Shown here: positions 51,880 through 61,324 of the stretch, piece after piece
How the letters are laid out: each line of letters opens with the position of its first letter
How positions within the stretch are numbered: the first letter of the stretch is position 1
Source: Candidatus Latescibacterota bacterium
GTDB taxonomy: Bacteria > Latescibacterota > UBA2968 > GCA-2709665
Direction: 5' to 3'
Length of the DNA: 64,000 nt
Assembly (NCBI GenBank): GCA_965203805.1
Contig: OZ241917.1
Coordinates: forward strand, 1,184,001-1,248,000
Translations under genes and position numbers: made by a program
Notes under the pieces: model-generated
What the model saw: the letters and a program-made list of their open reading frames with translations, nothing else
What the model was told of the DNA's origin: nothing
Database searches by the model: none

Positions 51880-53526
51880 GTGCATGAAATCGATTTTCTC
51901 GGGGATCTGATAATCATACTCGGTTCGGCGGTCCTGGTCGCAACGGTTCTACGCCGCGCGGGCATCCCGTCGATCGCGGGACTGATTCTTGCGGGTATGC
52001 TCGCGGGGCCCACGGCGTTGGGCCTGGTGGACGACACGCACCAGGTCGAGATGATGGCCGAGGTCGGCATTGTCCTCCTGCTCTTCGGGATCGGTCTGGA
52101 ACTCTCGCTGAGCCACATGAGGCGCATGTGGAATGCCATCCTGCTGGGCGGCGGCATCCAGGTGGCCGCCACGATCCTGTGCACCGCACTTGCGGCAGGA
52201 TGGTTCGGCATGGCACCGGGGCCCGCGGTGTTTCTGGGTTTTGTTGTCGCGGTCTCCAGCACGGCCATTGTCCTGCGCGGGCTTTCGAGCCGCGGTGAAC
52301 TGGATGCGCCGCATGGCCGCCTGGCTGTAGGCATTCTGATCTTCCAGGACCTGTGTGTGGTTCCGATGATCCTGGCGGTGCCGTTTCTGGCAGGGCAGGA
52401 TGGTACCACGTGGGAAATCGCGGTCGCTGCCGCCACGGGTCTCGCCATTCTGGCGGGTGTGCTTGTTGCAGCCAACCGTACGGTACCCTACATACTCGCA
52501 TTCGTTGCCAGGTCGCGAGAGAGAGAATTGTTTGTACTCACGGTGTTTCTCGTGTGTTTCGGCATTGCTTGGGTCCTGTCGATGGCGGGAATATCGCTGG
52601 CGCTCGGGGCGTTCCTCGCGGGCCTGATCGTCGCCGGCAGCGAGTTTCGTCACCAGGCGATGTCGGACCTGATACCCGTGCGCGAAGCCTTCGCCAGCCT
52701 CTTCTTTGTATCCGTGGGCATGCTGCTGGATGTTTCGGAGGTACTTGCGCATCTGTTGCCGACGCTCGGGCTCTGCGCGATCATTCTCGCCGGAAAATTC
52801 GTCATCGTGCTCGGGATGGGCCTGATCCTCCGGCTTCCGCTCCGCGTCGCAATCCAGTCCGCGGCAACTCTGTGTCAGATCGGCGAGTTTTCGTTCGTAC
52901 TCCTGAACGCGGCTTCCGGAACCGGCCTCCTGGACGCAGCACTGTCCGATAACCTTCTTTTCGCGATCATCCTGTCCATGTTGCTCACCCCCATCGCCAT
53001 CGCCTTCGCCCCTCACCTTGCGCTCGGGGTCACGCGAATTCCGTGGCTCAACCGGATTCTGGATGCCGAGCCCCCCGGGGTCGACACGCACGAACCGAAC
53101 AGCGACCACGTTATCGTCGCCGGATACGGCCGCGCGGGCCGGGAAGTCTGCCACGCCGCCCGGGACGCGGGGTTCGCCTGCGTTGCGGTTGACGTCAACG
53201 TGGACAACGTTCGCAGAGCGCACGCTGCCGGAGACCTGGCGGTGTACGGCGACGTCACCCAGACGGAAGTCCTGGAAGAACTCGGGTGCGGGGATGCGCG
53301 TCTGGTTGTGGTGACGATCAACGACACCCGTGCCACCGAGGTCGCCGTCCGCGCGATCCGGCGCGCGGCTCCTGACACACGGGTTATCGCGCGCACCATG
53401 TACGATATGGACGAGAGCTCATTGCGTGCCGCCGGCGCCACCCGGGTCATCACAGCCGAAGCGACCACCAGCGATGTCGTTGTCGACACGTGTCTCGAAG
53501 AGCTGAAAGCGGTGAGACGGCAATAG
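51880..53526 (+). CDS. CPA2 cation:proton antiporter with TrkA-N domain (KefB/KefC-like)
   Basis: LLFGIGLE, SSTAIV, LIFQD, ALGAFLAG, QIGEFSFV, VAGYGRAG, VYGD. Confidence 0.93.
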   Translation: MHEIDFLGDLIIILGSAVLVATVLRRAGIPSIAGLILAGMLAGPTALGLVDDTHQVEMMAEVGIVLLLFGIGLELSLSHMRRMWNAILLGGGIQVAATILCTALAAGWFGMAPGPAVFLGFVVAVSSTAIVLRGLSSRGELDAPHGRLAVGILIFQDLCVVPMILAVPFLAGQDGTTWEIAVAAATGLAILAGVLVAANRTVPYILAFVARSRERELFVLTVFLVCFGIAWVLSMAGISLALGAFLAGLIVAGSEFRHQAMSDLIPVREAFASLFFVSVGMLLDVSEVLAHLLPTLGLCAIILAGKFVIVLGMGLILRLPLRVAIQSAATLCQIGEFSFVLLNAASGTGLLDAALSDNLLFAIILSMLLTPIAIAFAPHLALGVTRIPWLNRILDAEPPGVDTHEPNSDHVIVAGYGRAGREVCHAARDAGFACVAVDVNVDNVRRAHAAGDLAVYGDVTQTEVLEELGCGDARLVVVTINDTRATEVAVRAIRRAAPDTRVIARTMYDMDESSLRAAGATRVITAEATTSDVVVDTCLEELKAVRRQ

Positions 53527-53550
53527 GGAAGAAGGAAGAAGGAAGAAGGA
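53527..53550 (+). repeat. Heptamer tandem repeat (GGAAGAA)x3
   Basis: Read directly after the antiporter stop codon. Confidence 0.8.
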
Positions 53551-53744
53551 TTGGTCCTCGTGCGGTTTCTCCATCGCGTCCTGACAGGTCGCCGAAGAGC
53601 GGAGAGACGGTAGAGGATAGCTATTACAGCAGGTGTTTCCACACAAACCGTGCCTGTTTCTTTACCGTTTGCGTAATGACAAGAAAATCCATAGGGCACA
53701 CATATCGTCTCCCGTCTACCCTCTCCCGACTCCCCTCTTTCCCT

Positions 53745-53768
53745 GGGAGCGAGGGCATCTTGCCCTCG
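53745..53768 (+). repeat. REP-like palindrome
   Basis: GGGAG-CGAGGGCA-TCT-TGCCCTCG. Confidence 0.55.
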
Positions 53769-54200
53769 TTGCGCCCCGTTGTGGTCTTTCCGCTTCACGG
53801 CGCACACGTCGACAGATTTCGTTTGTGGTTCAAGTTGACTGTTGAAGACGGATAGCTGATTCTTGCTGCTTTTCGACCGCAGGGGGGAGAGGTCGCCCAC
53901 CACGCACCGAAACTGTCGCAATATGAAACCCATACGTCGGGCGTTGGTTGATCACGGATGCTCAGATTCGTAAATTGCGGACGGGTTAAGCGCCACCGCG
54001 CAGAATATATCAGTCGTATATGGCTGGAGGGAGGATGGACGACTTACAATTGCAGGTATGATGTGGCTGAATTGAACCTCGGACTCTGTGCCTACAATAA
54101 TGAGACGGTTCTCCTTTGTAAATTAAGCAACAATTGAGAGAGCAAAGGAGCGCCTAACGATGGCGATTTAAAGGATGTCAGCTCGATCAATTAATAGTGC

Positions 54201-56630
54201 TTATTCATCTCGCAAGGCATCAATCGGATTGGCTTGTGCTGCGCGGACTGCCTGGATACTAACGGTTACGAATGCAATGATCAGAGCCAGCATCGCGCTC
54301 ACGACAAAGGGCACGACGGTTAAGGACGTCCGATACGCAAATCCGGAAAGCCAGTCGCGCATCAGATAGTAGGCGATTGGCCAGGCGACCACGCTGGCAA
54401 CGAGAATAAGAAGCAGGAATTCACGCGAGAGCAGCATCACCAGATGCGACGTGGATGCGCCAAGTACCTTTCGAACGCCGATTTCCTTAGTGCGAGACTG
54501 GACCATAAACGCCACAAGTCCGAACAACCCTATGCACGCCACGAAGATTGCCAGCAATGAAAATACCCCGAGCATTCTACCGGTGCGTCTCTCGCTGGAA
54601 TAGATCCGCTCCATGAACTCGTCCATGAAGTGATATTCAAAGTGTTCCCCGGGCACAAAGCGTTTCCATCGCGATTCCAGAAAAGCCAGGGTCTGCGCGG
54701 TGCCTTCCGGCCGGATGCGCAGGTTCAGCGAACGAAAGAACTCCCAGCGGGAGATAAAACCCAGGGGCTCTATTTCTTCTCGCAACGACAAGCCGTGGTA
54801 GTCTTTCACAACGCCAATAACTGTCACCACTTGGTTCTTGAAGGCAGGCGACTCGATCTGTCTGCCAATCGGATCATCTACCCAACCGAGCAGACGCACG
54901 GCCGTTTCATTCAGAATAATGGCCTGTGATGCATCACTGGCAACATCGGCTGAAAAAGCGCGACCGCGCAGCACGGGGACTTCAAATGTCTCGAAGAATG
55001 AACCGTCGACTTCGTTTACGCGAATTGTCCGTTCTCGTGTGCGGTCCCCATCGGGCCAGATCAAGCGCGGCCGTCCTGCGTATCCCGCTATTGGGTACCG
55101 TACTGCCGACGCACTCAGGACATTGGGGTGTTCGAGGAAACCCTGCTTCACCATCTCGTGGCGTGCCGACAGACGTTTTTGCGGGTTCGGTTCCGCGAAT
55201 AAGTCATGACCGAAAATGGGTAAACTCACAATGTGATCGCGTGTAAACCCCATATCTTTAGTGTCCATGAATCGCAATTGCTGATAGACGATGAGGGTGC
55301 AGACGACCAGCAAAATGGACGTACCAAACTGAAAGACGACGAGACCCTTCTTCAGCCATGCGGTTCCAGAGGATGAAAACGCGCCGCCCTTTAGCGCGGT
55401 TGCCGGGAGAAAGGAGGACAGGTAGAATGCAGGATACGCGCCTGCCAGGAGGCCGGCCAATACCGTTAACGCGATTACCGACGGCGCGCAGACCGCCACT
55501 AATGCAGCATTGAGCTCTAACTCGTTGTATACAAACTGGTTGAATAGGGGCAGAAATACATCGACAAACGCCAGGGCAATCAGCAGCGCGATGCCGGTCA
55601 AGAGCAGGGATTCACCCAGGAACTGAACCATCAGTTGCGGCCGGTGCGCCCCGACCACCTTTCGCACGCCGACTTCCCGCTTCCGGGTAACAGCCCGCGC
55701 AGTCGCCAGATTGGTAAAATTCACGCACGCGATGACGACAACGATCACTCCGATGGTCGCCAGCAGATAAATTCGTTGAATACGGCCGCCGTCCGTGGGA
55801 TTGAAATCGGATGTGCCGTACAGGTACACACGGTGAATCGGTTGGAGATGAAACGCTGATTTTGCCGCAACTTCACCCCCCATGAACCGCTCGATTAGCG
55901 ACTGCATTCTCGATTGCAGGGATTTGTGGTCTTGTCCCGCTTTGAGTAGTACGAAAGTTTCCACCGGCCGCCAGGAGAGCAATGGCTGCCACATTGTCCA
56001 CTTGTCCCGCACTTCCGCGACTGTCGTCGCCGTTGTTGAGAGGATCTGAAAATAGAGGTCTGACGAGGGATGCGGCGCCTTCAGGATCCCTGCCACTGTA
56101 TATTCGCCGGGAAACACGGTGCTTTCGACTGAGAAAGACCGGCCCATCGGGTCATCGTCGCCAAACAGGTGGCGAGCCATGTCCTCGGTAACGATCACCG
56201 AGTTTGGGAATCTAAATGCAATCTCCGGATCGCCACGTATCAAGTCGAAATCAAAGACTCTCAGAAAGCCGTCGTCAACCAGCGCGAACTCATACTCACC
56301 CGTGCGCTCTCCGTATTGTGCGTTCACGGGCCATCGCCAGAAACGTATGGTTGTTTCTACCTCGGGAAACGACGCTTCCAACTCCGGTCCGAGCGCGCCC
56401 GAGGTTCCGCTCTCGTAGGTTGTTCGCGTTGTTTTGCGCACTTCTCGAATCACTTTGTAAATCCGATCGCCCAGAGTGTAGAATCTATCGACCGAAAACT
56501 CCTGGTTGACGTACAACAGGATCAGAATGGCACCCGCCAACCCGATTGCGAGACCCAACACATTGACGGCGGTGTACAATTTGTGCCGCAGCAAGTTGCG
56601 GACAGCGACAGTCAGGAGATTCTTGATCAC
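54201..56630 (-). CDS. ABC transporter permease, duplicated MacB-PCD/FtsX
   Basis: NVLGLAIG, IACVNFTNL...REVGVRKVVGA, VVFQF, RTKEIGVRKVLGAS, ANPIDALRDE. Confidence 0.94.
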   Translation of the reverse strand: MIKNLLTVAVRNLLRHKLYTAVNVLGLAIGLAGAILILLYVNQEFSVDRFYTLGDRIYKVIREVRKTTRTTYESGTSGALGPELEASFPEVETTIRFWRWPVNAQYGERTGEYEFALVDDGFLRVFDFDLIRGDPEIAFRFPNSVIVTEDMARHLFGDDDPMGRSFSVESTVFPGEYTVAGILKAPHPSSDLYFQILSTTATTVAEVRDKWTMWQPLLSWRPVETFVLLKAGQDHKSLQSRMQSLIERFMGGEVAAKSAFHLQPIHRVYLYGTSDFNPTDGGRIQRIYLLATIGVIVVVIACVNFTNLATARAVTRKREVGVRKVVGAHRPQLMVQFLGESLLLTGIALLIALAFVDVFLPLFNQFVYNELELNAALVAVCAPSVIALTVLAGLLAGAYPAFYLSSFLPATALKGGAFSSSGTAWLKKGLVVFQFGTSILLVVCTLIVYQQLRFMDTKDMGFTRDHIVSLPIFGHDLFAEPNPQKRLSARHEMVKQGFLEHPNVLSASAVRYPIAGYAGRPRLIWPDGDRTRERTIRVNEVDGSFFETFEVPVLRGRAFSADVASDASQAIILNETAVRLLGWVDDPIGRQIESPAFKNQVVTVIGVVKDYHGLSLREEIEPLGFISRWEFFRSLNLRIRPEGTAQTLAFLESRWKRFVPGEHFEYHFMDEFMERIYSSERRTGRMLGVFSLLAIFVACIGLFGLVAFMVQSRTKEIGVRKVLGASTSHLVMLLSREFLLLILVASVVAWPIAYYLMRDWLSGFAYRTSLTVVPFVVSAMLALIIAFVTVSIQAVRAAQANPIDALRDE

Positions 56631-56776
56631 AGGCGTCTGTCTCCGTTCGAGTGCTCATCCTCGAATAAAAAGCACGAGAACGATTTCGATTGGAAGGAAG
56701 GTGTAGTATTGCCCGTCTGGCAACGTGCCCGGAAGCAAGCTGCGTCAATATCATCAACCCACCACCCAATTTCAAT

Positions 56777-56792
56777 AGCAATAACCCTGCCA
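56777..56792 (-). promoter_or_regulatory. sigma54 (-24/-12) promoter of the ABC permease
   Basis: TGGCAGGGTTATTGCT = GG-N10-GC. Confidence 0.8.
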
Positions 56793-56856
56793 AACAACTT
56801 AAATATATAAATAATAACAGGTTGCAGATTTATGTACAAATCAGCTGCCTAAAAAG

Positions 56857-56894
56857 TGTTCGATTTCAATACAGTACTGTCCGATTTCGATACA
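56857..56894. promoter_or_regulatory. Tandem UAS for a sigma54 activator
   Basis: TGTTCGATTTCAATACA and TGTCCGATTTCGATACA (TGT-N11-ACA), 21-bp period, separated from the promoter by an AT-rich tract. Confidence 0.7.
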
Positions 56895-56991
56895 GTCGCA
56901 CGCGACCAGGGTGGCGGCGTTGGGCCGTAATTGCTCGTGTAAACAGGCAATAATGATCAGGGAATGCGGCTCTAGTGCGCCACGAGAGGCC

Positions 56992-57049
56992 GGGCGCCTG
57001 CCTGCGCAGCGTACTGCGCTGCAGGCAGGCCCGCAAGGGACGCCCCTAC
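56992..57049. repeat. GTAG-type REP interrupted by a second palindromic mini-element
   Basis: Removing 56998-57030 restores GGGCGCCCGCAAGGGACGCCCCTAC; the insert CTGCCTGC...GCAGGCAG is flanked by a GC duplication. Confidence 0.65.
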
Positions 57050-57139
57050 AAGGCGTGGGGAGTGATTGCAACGTCAAGTTGCTTTATCGATTCGCTCGAT
57101 GGAATCTTCTATTTGAATTTCATCGGGAGACTTTGAGGT

Positions 57140-57165
57140 GGGCAGACAGGAATGTCCGCCCCGCC
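57140..57165 (-). repeat. REP-like palindrome
   Basis: GGCGGGGCGGACA-TTCC-TGTCTGCCC on the minus strand. Confidence 0.5.
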
Positions 57166-57234
57166 ATCGTACACGTTTTCTGAACGGCTCGACCTGCCGC
57201 TGATCGGATGTACCAGTCTAACGGGAGTGCGAAG

Positions 57235-58020
57235 ATGGTGTTCGGACGAACAGGGTTGGCGACGATAGTTCTGACGATTCTCGCGCTTGCTGCCGCGGGT
57301 GTCGCCACAGAACCGAGCGATGAGGACCTGAAGGACGTCCGGAGGCGGGCCGGGCGAGGGGATGCGGAGGCCCAGTTCGTTCTCGGCACGATGTACGGCA
57401 ACGGTCTCGGCGTTCCACGGGACTTCGCTGAGGCGGTCAGGTGGTTCCGTCCGGCCGCCGAGCAGGGTCACGCGGCGGCGCAAAACAGCCTGGGATGGAT
57501 GTACGCCAACGGCCTCGGCGTAGAGCGGGATCACGCCCAGGCGATCAGATGGTACCGCGCCGCGGCGAATCAGGGGCACGCCGACGCCCGGTTCAATCTT
57601 GGCACGGCGTATAACAGGGGCCGCGGCGTGAAACAGGACCGCGCAAAAGCGCTCGCTTTCTATCGCGAGGCCGCCCGCCAGGACCACGCAGGCGCCCAGT
57701 ACCTCCTGGGAATCATGTACGCCAACGCCCGCGGGGCGCCCCGGGACTACGCAAAAGCGTTCAAATGGTTCCGCCTGGCTGCCGACCAGGGCTTTGCACG
57801 AGCGCGATCTCAACTCGGGATGATGTACGCCATGGGCCTCGGCGTGGAACGGGACGACGTTACCGCCCACGCGCACTGCAATCTGGCCGCCGCCGCGGGA
57901 GACAGCCTGGGCGGCGTCGTGCGCGACAACCTGGAAAAGTCGATGACGCCCGCGCAGATCGCGCAGGCCCGCCAACTCGCAGAAGAATGGCGCAAGAAAG
58001 CAGGGAACGTGAAGGAATGA
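57235..58020 (+). CDS. Secreted Sel1-repeat protein
   Basis: Signal peptide; about five AQ..LG.MY..G.GV..D...A..W...AA.QG repeats. Confidence 0.93.
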   Translation: MVFGRTGLATIVLTILALAAAGVATEPSDEDLKDVRRRAGRGDAEAQFVLGTMYGNGLGVPRDFAEAVRWFRPAAEQGHAAAQNSLGWMYANGLGVERDHAQAIRWYRAAANQGHADARFNLGTAYNRGRGVKQDRAKALAFYREAARQDHAGAQYLLGIMYANARGAPRDYAKAFKWFRLAADQGFARARSQLGMMYAMGLGVERDDVTAHAHCNLAAAAGDSLGGVVRDNLEKSMTPAQIAQARQLAEEWRKKAGNVKE

Positions 58021-58152
58021 TCGGGACGGATCGCAAGAGAACGGGGATTGCGCAGTGAGTTAAAATGCACGCGGAGAGCGGCAGGTCTCGACAAGAACAA
58101 CCCCTCCGAGAGTGACGCGACGGCAGGAACTTGGGAATTTCTCGAAAAAACG

Positions 58153-58175
58153 AGGCCCCTGAGATTCGGGGGCCT
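58153..58175. terminator. Bidirectional terminator-like hairpin
   Basis: AGGCCCC...GGGGCCT with A-run before and T-rich run after, between convergent genes. Confidence 0.6.
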
Positions 58176-58259
58176 TTATTGTCGACCGGGGCGGACTGGA
58201 TGCGCGCACTTCGGACAAGAATCGGGACGCCGCCGAGACGGGAAACGCTCTGGCGTCAC

Positions 58260-58883
58260 TCAATCAGCCAACTGTCTCTTGGACAAATCAATGGTAACGG
58301 AAAGTCGAGGATCTCCTATAGGGTCGCCCTGCCTCGGATGTTCCAGAAACGTAATGCTATCGTAGAAATCATCCAGCGATACAAATACGCCGTACTGTTC
58401 AGCCCATTCCCTCATCCTTCGATTGCAGCTGTACTTCCACGATACGACCTCAATTCGCCATCCGCGCTTTTGCATTCGAGACAAATCGGCGTGAAATCCT
58501 ACGCCATCCAGAAAGCCTGCGCCGTCGCCGGTCAACATGACGACTGTGCCTGGATCTCCATTGTTGTCGAAACCATCCCGCAACACTTCTGTCTGCAATA
58601 TCTGGTCTACTCCCTGTTCGCGACCGTACAGGGTACCTCGTTCCAGCAGCCTCACCTCCACACCGCTGTTTTCCAACCGATTCCAAACACTTCTCAGTTC
58701 CGGCGGGACGGAACCAGCGGCAACTGCCCGTCTGACAGTTCGCCCCGCGTGCGCCAACTTCAATATATTCGGGAAATGAATCCGTACTCGAGACCGGGCC
58801 GATTCGCCTTCCCTCTCAACGGCAACGTCCTGAGCACCAATAAAGATGTTGGAATTATCCCAATAGATGAAAACATCATCCAT
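58260..58883 (-). CDS. NYN-domain (PIN-like, LabA/DUF88) protein
   Basis: VFIYWDNSN, EQGVD, LTGDG.GF, GWRIEVVSW. Confidence 0.88.
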   Translation of the reverse strand: MDDVFIYWDNSNIFIGAQDVAVEREGESARSRVRIHFPNILKLAHAGRTVRRAVAAGSVPPELRSVWNRLENSGVEVRLLERGTLYGREQGVDQILQTEVLRDGFDNNGDPGTVVMLTGDGAGFLDGVGFHADLSRMQKRGWRIEVVSWKYSCNRRMREWAEQYGVFVSLDDFYDSITFLEHPRQGDPIGDPRLSVTIDLSKRQLAD

Positions 58884-59309
58884 CGTCCATTACCCCCGTA
58901 TCTTGCCAATCCGTGATTCGAGAAGCTGTTCCATCGTGGCATGTAAATCGGTCCGATACTCCTCCCGTGCACGTGCCGCACGCGTTTGCATCACGTATCC
59001 CATCTTCCACATCTCCACTCACAGTACTCACGATCAAGCTTGTCGATTTGTGCTGCATATGCAGCAATCCAACTATGGAAATCACCACAATTTCGTAGCA
59101 TCTTGTCAAGTAGAAACATCCTATCGATCAACCACAGTGTACGCCCAACAATCTAAACGCGCGGCGGGAACGCTACAATTGGACGACCACCCATTGACGT
59201 ATTTAATGTTCATTTCAAACGACAGTCGAGGTGCTGCACATCCGATCCAAATTAAACACGAGGCCATCAATCATCGCAACAGTCACGGCGCATGCACACG
59301 AATTTTCAG

Positions 59310-59345
59310 TTGACTTTTTGCATTCAAAATGCATAATTTTCAGTC
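59310..59345 (+). promoter_or_regulatory. Probable leaderless promoter with overlapping operator
   Basis: TTGACT-N16-CATAAT, ATG 8 nt downstream, no SD; TGCATTCAAAATGCA palindrome and a repeated AATTTTCAGT. Confidence 0.55.
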
Positions 59346-60569
59346 ATGGCCCTGCATTACATCAAACGCTCGCTGGAACCTGTCCTCAGGAAGGCGGCCG
59401 CCGAATTCCCCGCCGTCGTCCTGACCGGACCGCGCCAGTCCGGCAAAACGACGCTGCTCCAGCGTCTCTTTGCCGGGCGGTACGCATACGTCTCTCTCGA
59501 GCCGCCGGACGTTCGCGCGGCCGCCGTCGACGACCCACGCGGGTTCCTGGAACTGTATAGGGCGCCGGTCATCTTCGACGAGGTGCACTACGCGCCCGAT
59601 CTGCTACCGTATATCAAGGAAAAGATCGACGCAGACCGAAGCAGGAAGGGTCAATATCTGTTGACAGGCTCACAGAACCTCCTGTTCGCGCAAAACGTGA
59701 CCGAGTCGCTGGCCGGCCGCGCAGCGATGCTTCGCCTGTTGCCGCTGTCGAGGCGTGAAGCCGAGCGGCGCCCGCAATACGCTCTCCCATGGGAGCGCGA
59801 ACGCCAATCGACCCCGGATTCTGCACGCGGTTTCGGTGAACTGTGGAAGGGATTTCTTCAGGGCGGTTTCCCGGAACTTGCAGCCCAACCCGAACGGGAT
59901 GTCTCGCTCTGGCACGCCAGCTACATTCAGACCTATCTGGAACGGGACGTACGCAGTCTGCGGCAGGTAGGCGACCTCACACAGTATCAGAACTTCCTGC
60001 GGGTTCTGGCCGCCCGAAGCGCCCAGCTACTTCGGCTGACCGACGTGGCTCGCGATCTCGGGGTCGCGGTCAATACCGTCAAAGCCTGGCTGTCCGTACT
60101 TGAGGCCACCTATCAGGTAATCGTCCTGCGGCCCTACTTCGCGAACGTCGGGAAACGGCTCGTCAAAACCCCGAAAGTCTATTTCACGGACGTTGGCACA
60201 TTGTGCTACCTGGTCGGTCTCAAGGATCCGGAGCATGCTGCCTCCGGACCCATGGGCGGCGCTCTGCTTGAAACGGCCGTTCTGTCCGAAATCGTCCGGG
60301 CGTTGACCCACCGCGGGATCGATCCGCAGGTCTATTTCTGGCGAACTCTGGCGGGATTGGAAGTTGATTTCGTCGTTGATACAGGCGCCGGTCTCGTCCC
60401 CATCGAAGTGAAGTCGTCCGCGACGCCGCGCTCGGGGATGGCTAACGCCATCAGGATGTTCCAGGGCGACCTGGATGGGGTTGCAAGACAGGGATACGTC
60501 GTCCATCCCGGCGACGTCCGTGTACCGCTTGGGCCGGCTGTAACCGCCCTGCCCTTCGCCGACCTCTAA
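59346..60569 (+). CDS. AAA_14 ATPase with DUF4143 (wHTH + PD-(D/E)xK-like) domain
   Basis: GPRQSGKTT, IFDEV, LTGS, ESLAGR, GGFP, YLERD, KTPKVYFTD.G, EVDF...IEVK. Confidence 0.92.
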   Translation: MALHYIKRSLEPVLRKAAAEFPAVVLTGPRQSGKTTLLQRLFAGRYAYVSLEPPDVRAAAVDDPRGFLELYRAPVIFDEVHYAPDLLPYIKEKIDADRSRKGQYLLTGSQNLLFAQNVTESLAGRAAMLRLLPLSRREAERRPQYALPWERERQSTPDSARGFGELWKGFLQGGFPELAAQPERDVSLWHASYIQTYLERDVRSLRQVGDLTQYQNFLRVLAARSAQLLRLTDVARDLGVAVNTVKAWLSVLEATYQVIVLRPYFANVGKRLVKTPKVYFTDVGTLCYLVGLKDPEHAASGPMGGALLETAVLSEIVRALTHRGIDPQVYFWRTLAGLEVDFVVDTGAGLVPIEVKSSATPRSGMANAIRMFQGDLDGVARQGYVVHPGDVRVPLGPAVTALPFADL

Positions 60570-60701
60570 TGAGATCCCACAAGAATCTCCCCCGCCGTTC
60601 GATATAAGACGTGGGGGGCGAGGAAATCGGCAGGCTGTCGCTGATGGGAATTCGGAAACAAACAGTTCGCGGTTTGGTTCCAGGGCAGGCATTCGTGCAA
60701 T

Positions 60702-61094
60702 TTACAGTTGCGAAACGCCGTCGATCCGCGCTGCTTTTCTGTCGAAGGTGTAAAGCGGACCCGCTCCGGCGCGTTCGGCCGCCGCCAGGATCATCAGATC
60801 CGAAAATCCGCCGCCAGACGTACGGTACCGTATCGCCGAGCGAGCCACGTCGCCGGCCTCCTCGATGACGAGACCCTCCGTGGCCACCAGTTCCACAAGT
60901 ATCTTCGCAATGCGGCCAGACGAGAAGCCATAGGCCCGTTCCAGCACCCAGACGAGCTCGACGACCACCTCACGGCAGACGAAACCCGGTCGGTCGGCCG
61001 TGAGTGACTCCAGCAGCGCGCGGGCCGTCCCGGCCTGATGCTCGTCGTCCCGCACGAGAAAGCGAACGAGCACATTGGTATCCAGGCCGATCAT
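60702..61094 (-). CDS. vapC: VapC PIN-domain toxin
   Basis: IGLDTNVLVR, ELVWVL, FSDLMI, TFDRK. Confidence 0.92.
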   Translation of the reverse strand: MIGLDTNVLVRFLVRDDEHQAGTARALLESLTADRPGFVCREVVVELVWVLERAYGFSSGRIAKILVELVATEGLVIEEAGDVARSAIRYRTSGGGFSDLMILAAAERAGAGPLYTFDRKAARIDGVSQL

Positions 61095-61324
61095 TCGTCC
61101 GTCGCCCCGTCGGATACGGCCTTCTCCATCTCCTCGACGGTCAGGGCGCGACCTTGAACCCTCAGCACACCGAACAGCCGGCTGACGGGCTTCAGGGGCA
61201 GAAGGCGCACGTCGCCATCGGTAATGACGTACCGCAATCTGTCTCCCGTGTGTACGCCCAACGCCTCCCGAACGAACTTGGGAATTGTCGTCTGACCCTT
61301 CGTGGTGATTGTAGATTCATACAT
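61091..61324 (-). CDS. AbrB/MazE-type antitoxin
   Basis: STITTKGQTTIPK.VREALG..GD; ATGA overlap with vapC. Confidence 0.92.
   Translation of the reverse strand: MYESTITTKGQTTIPKFVREALGVHTGDRLRYVITDGDVRLLPLKPVSRLFGVLRVQGRALTVEEMEKAVSDGATDE

Noticed and set aside
53527-53550. Possible CRISPR array or VNTR
   Set aside because: Only three 7-mers without spacers; no repeat-spacer array or cas gene anywhere in the window.
58867-59313. 148-aa + strand ORF between NYN and AAA-DUF4143
   Set aside because: No RBS or motifs and atypical composition; overlaps probable promoter regions.
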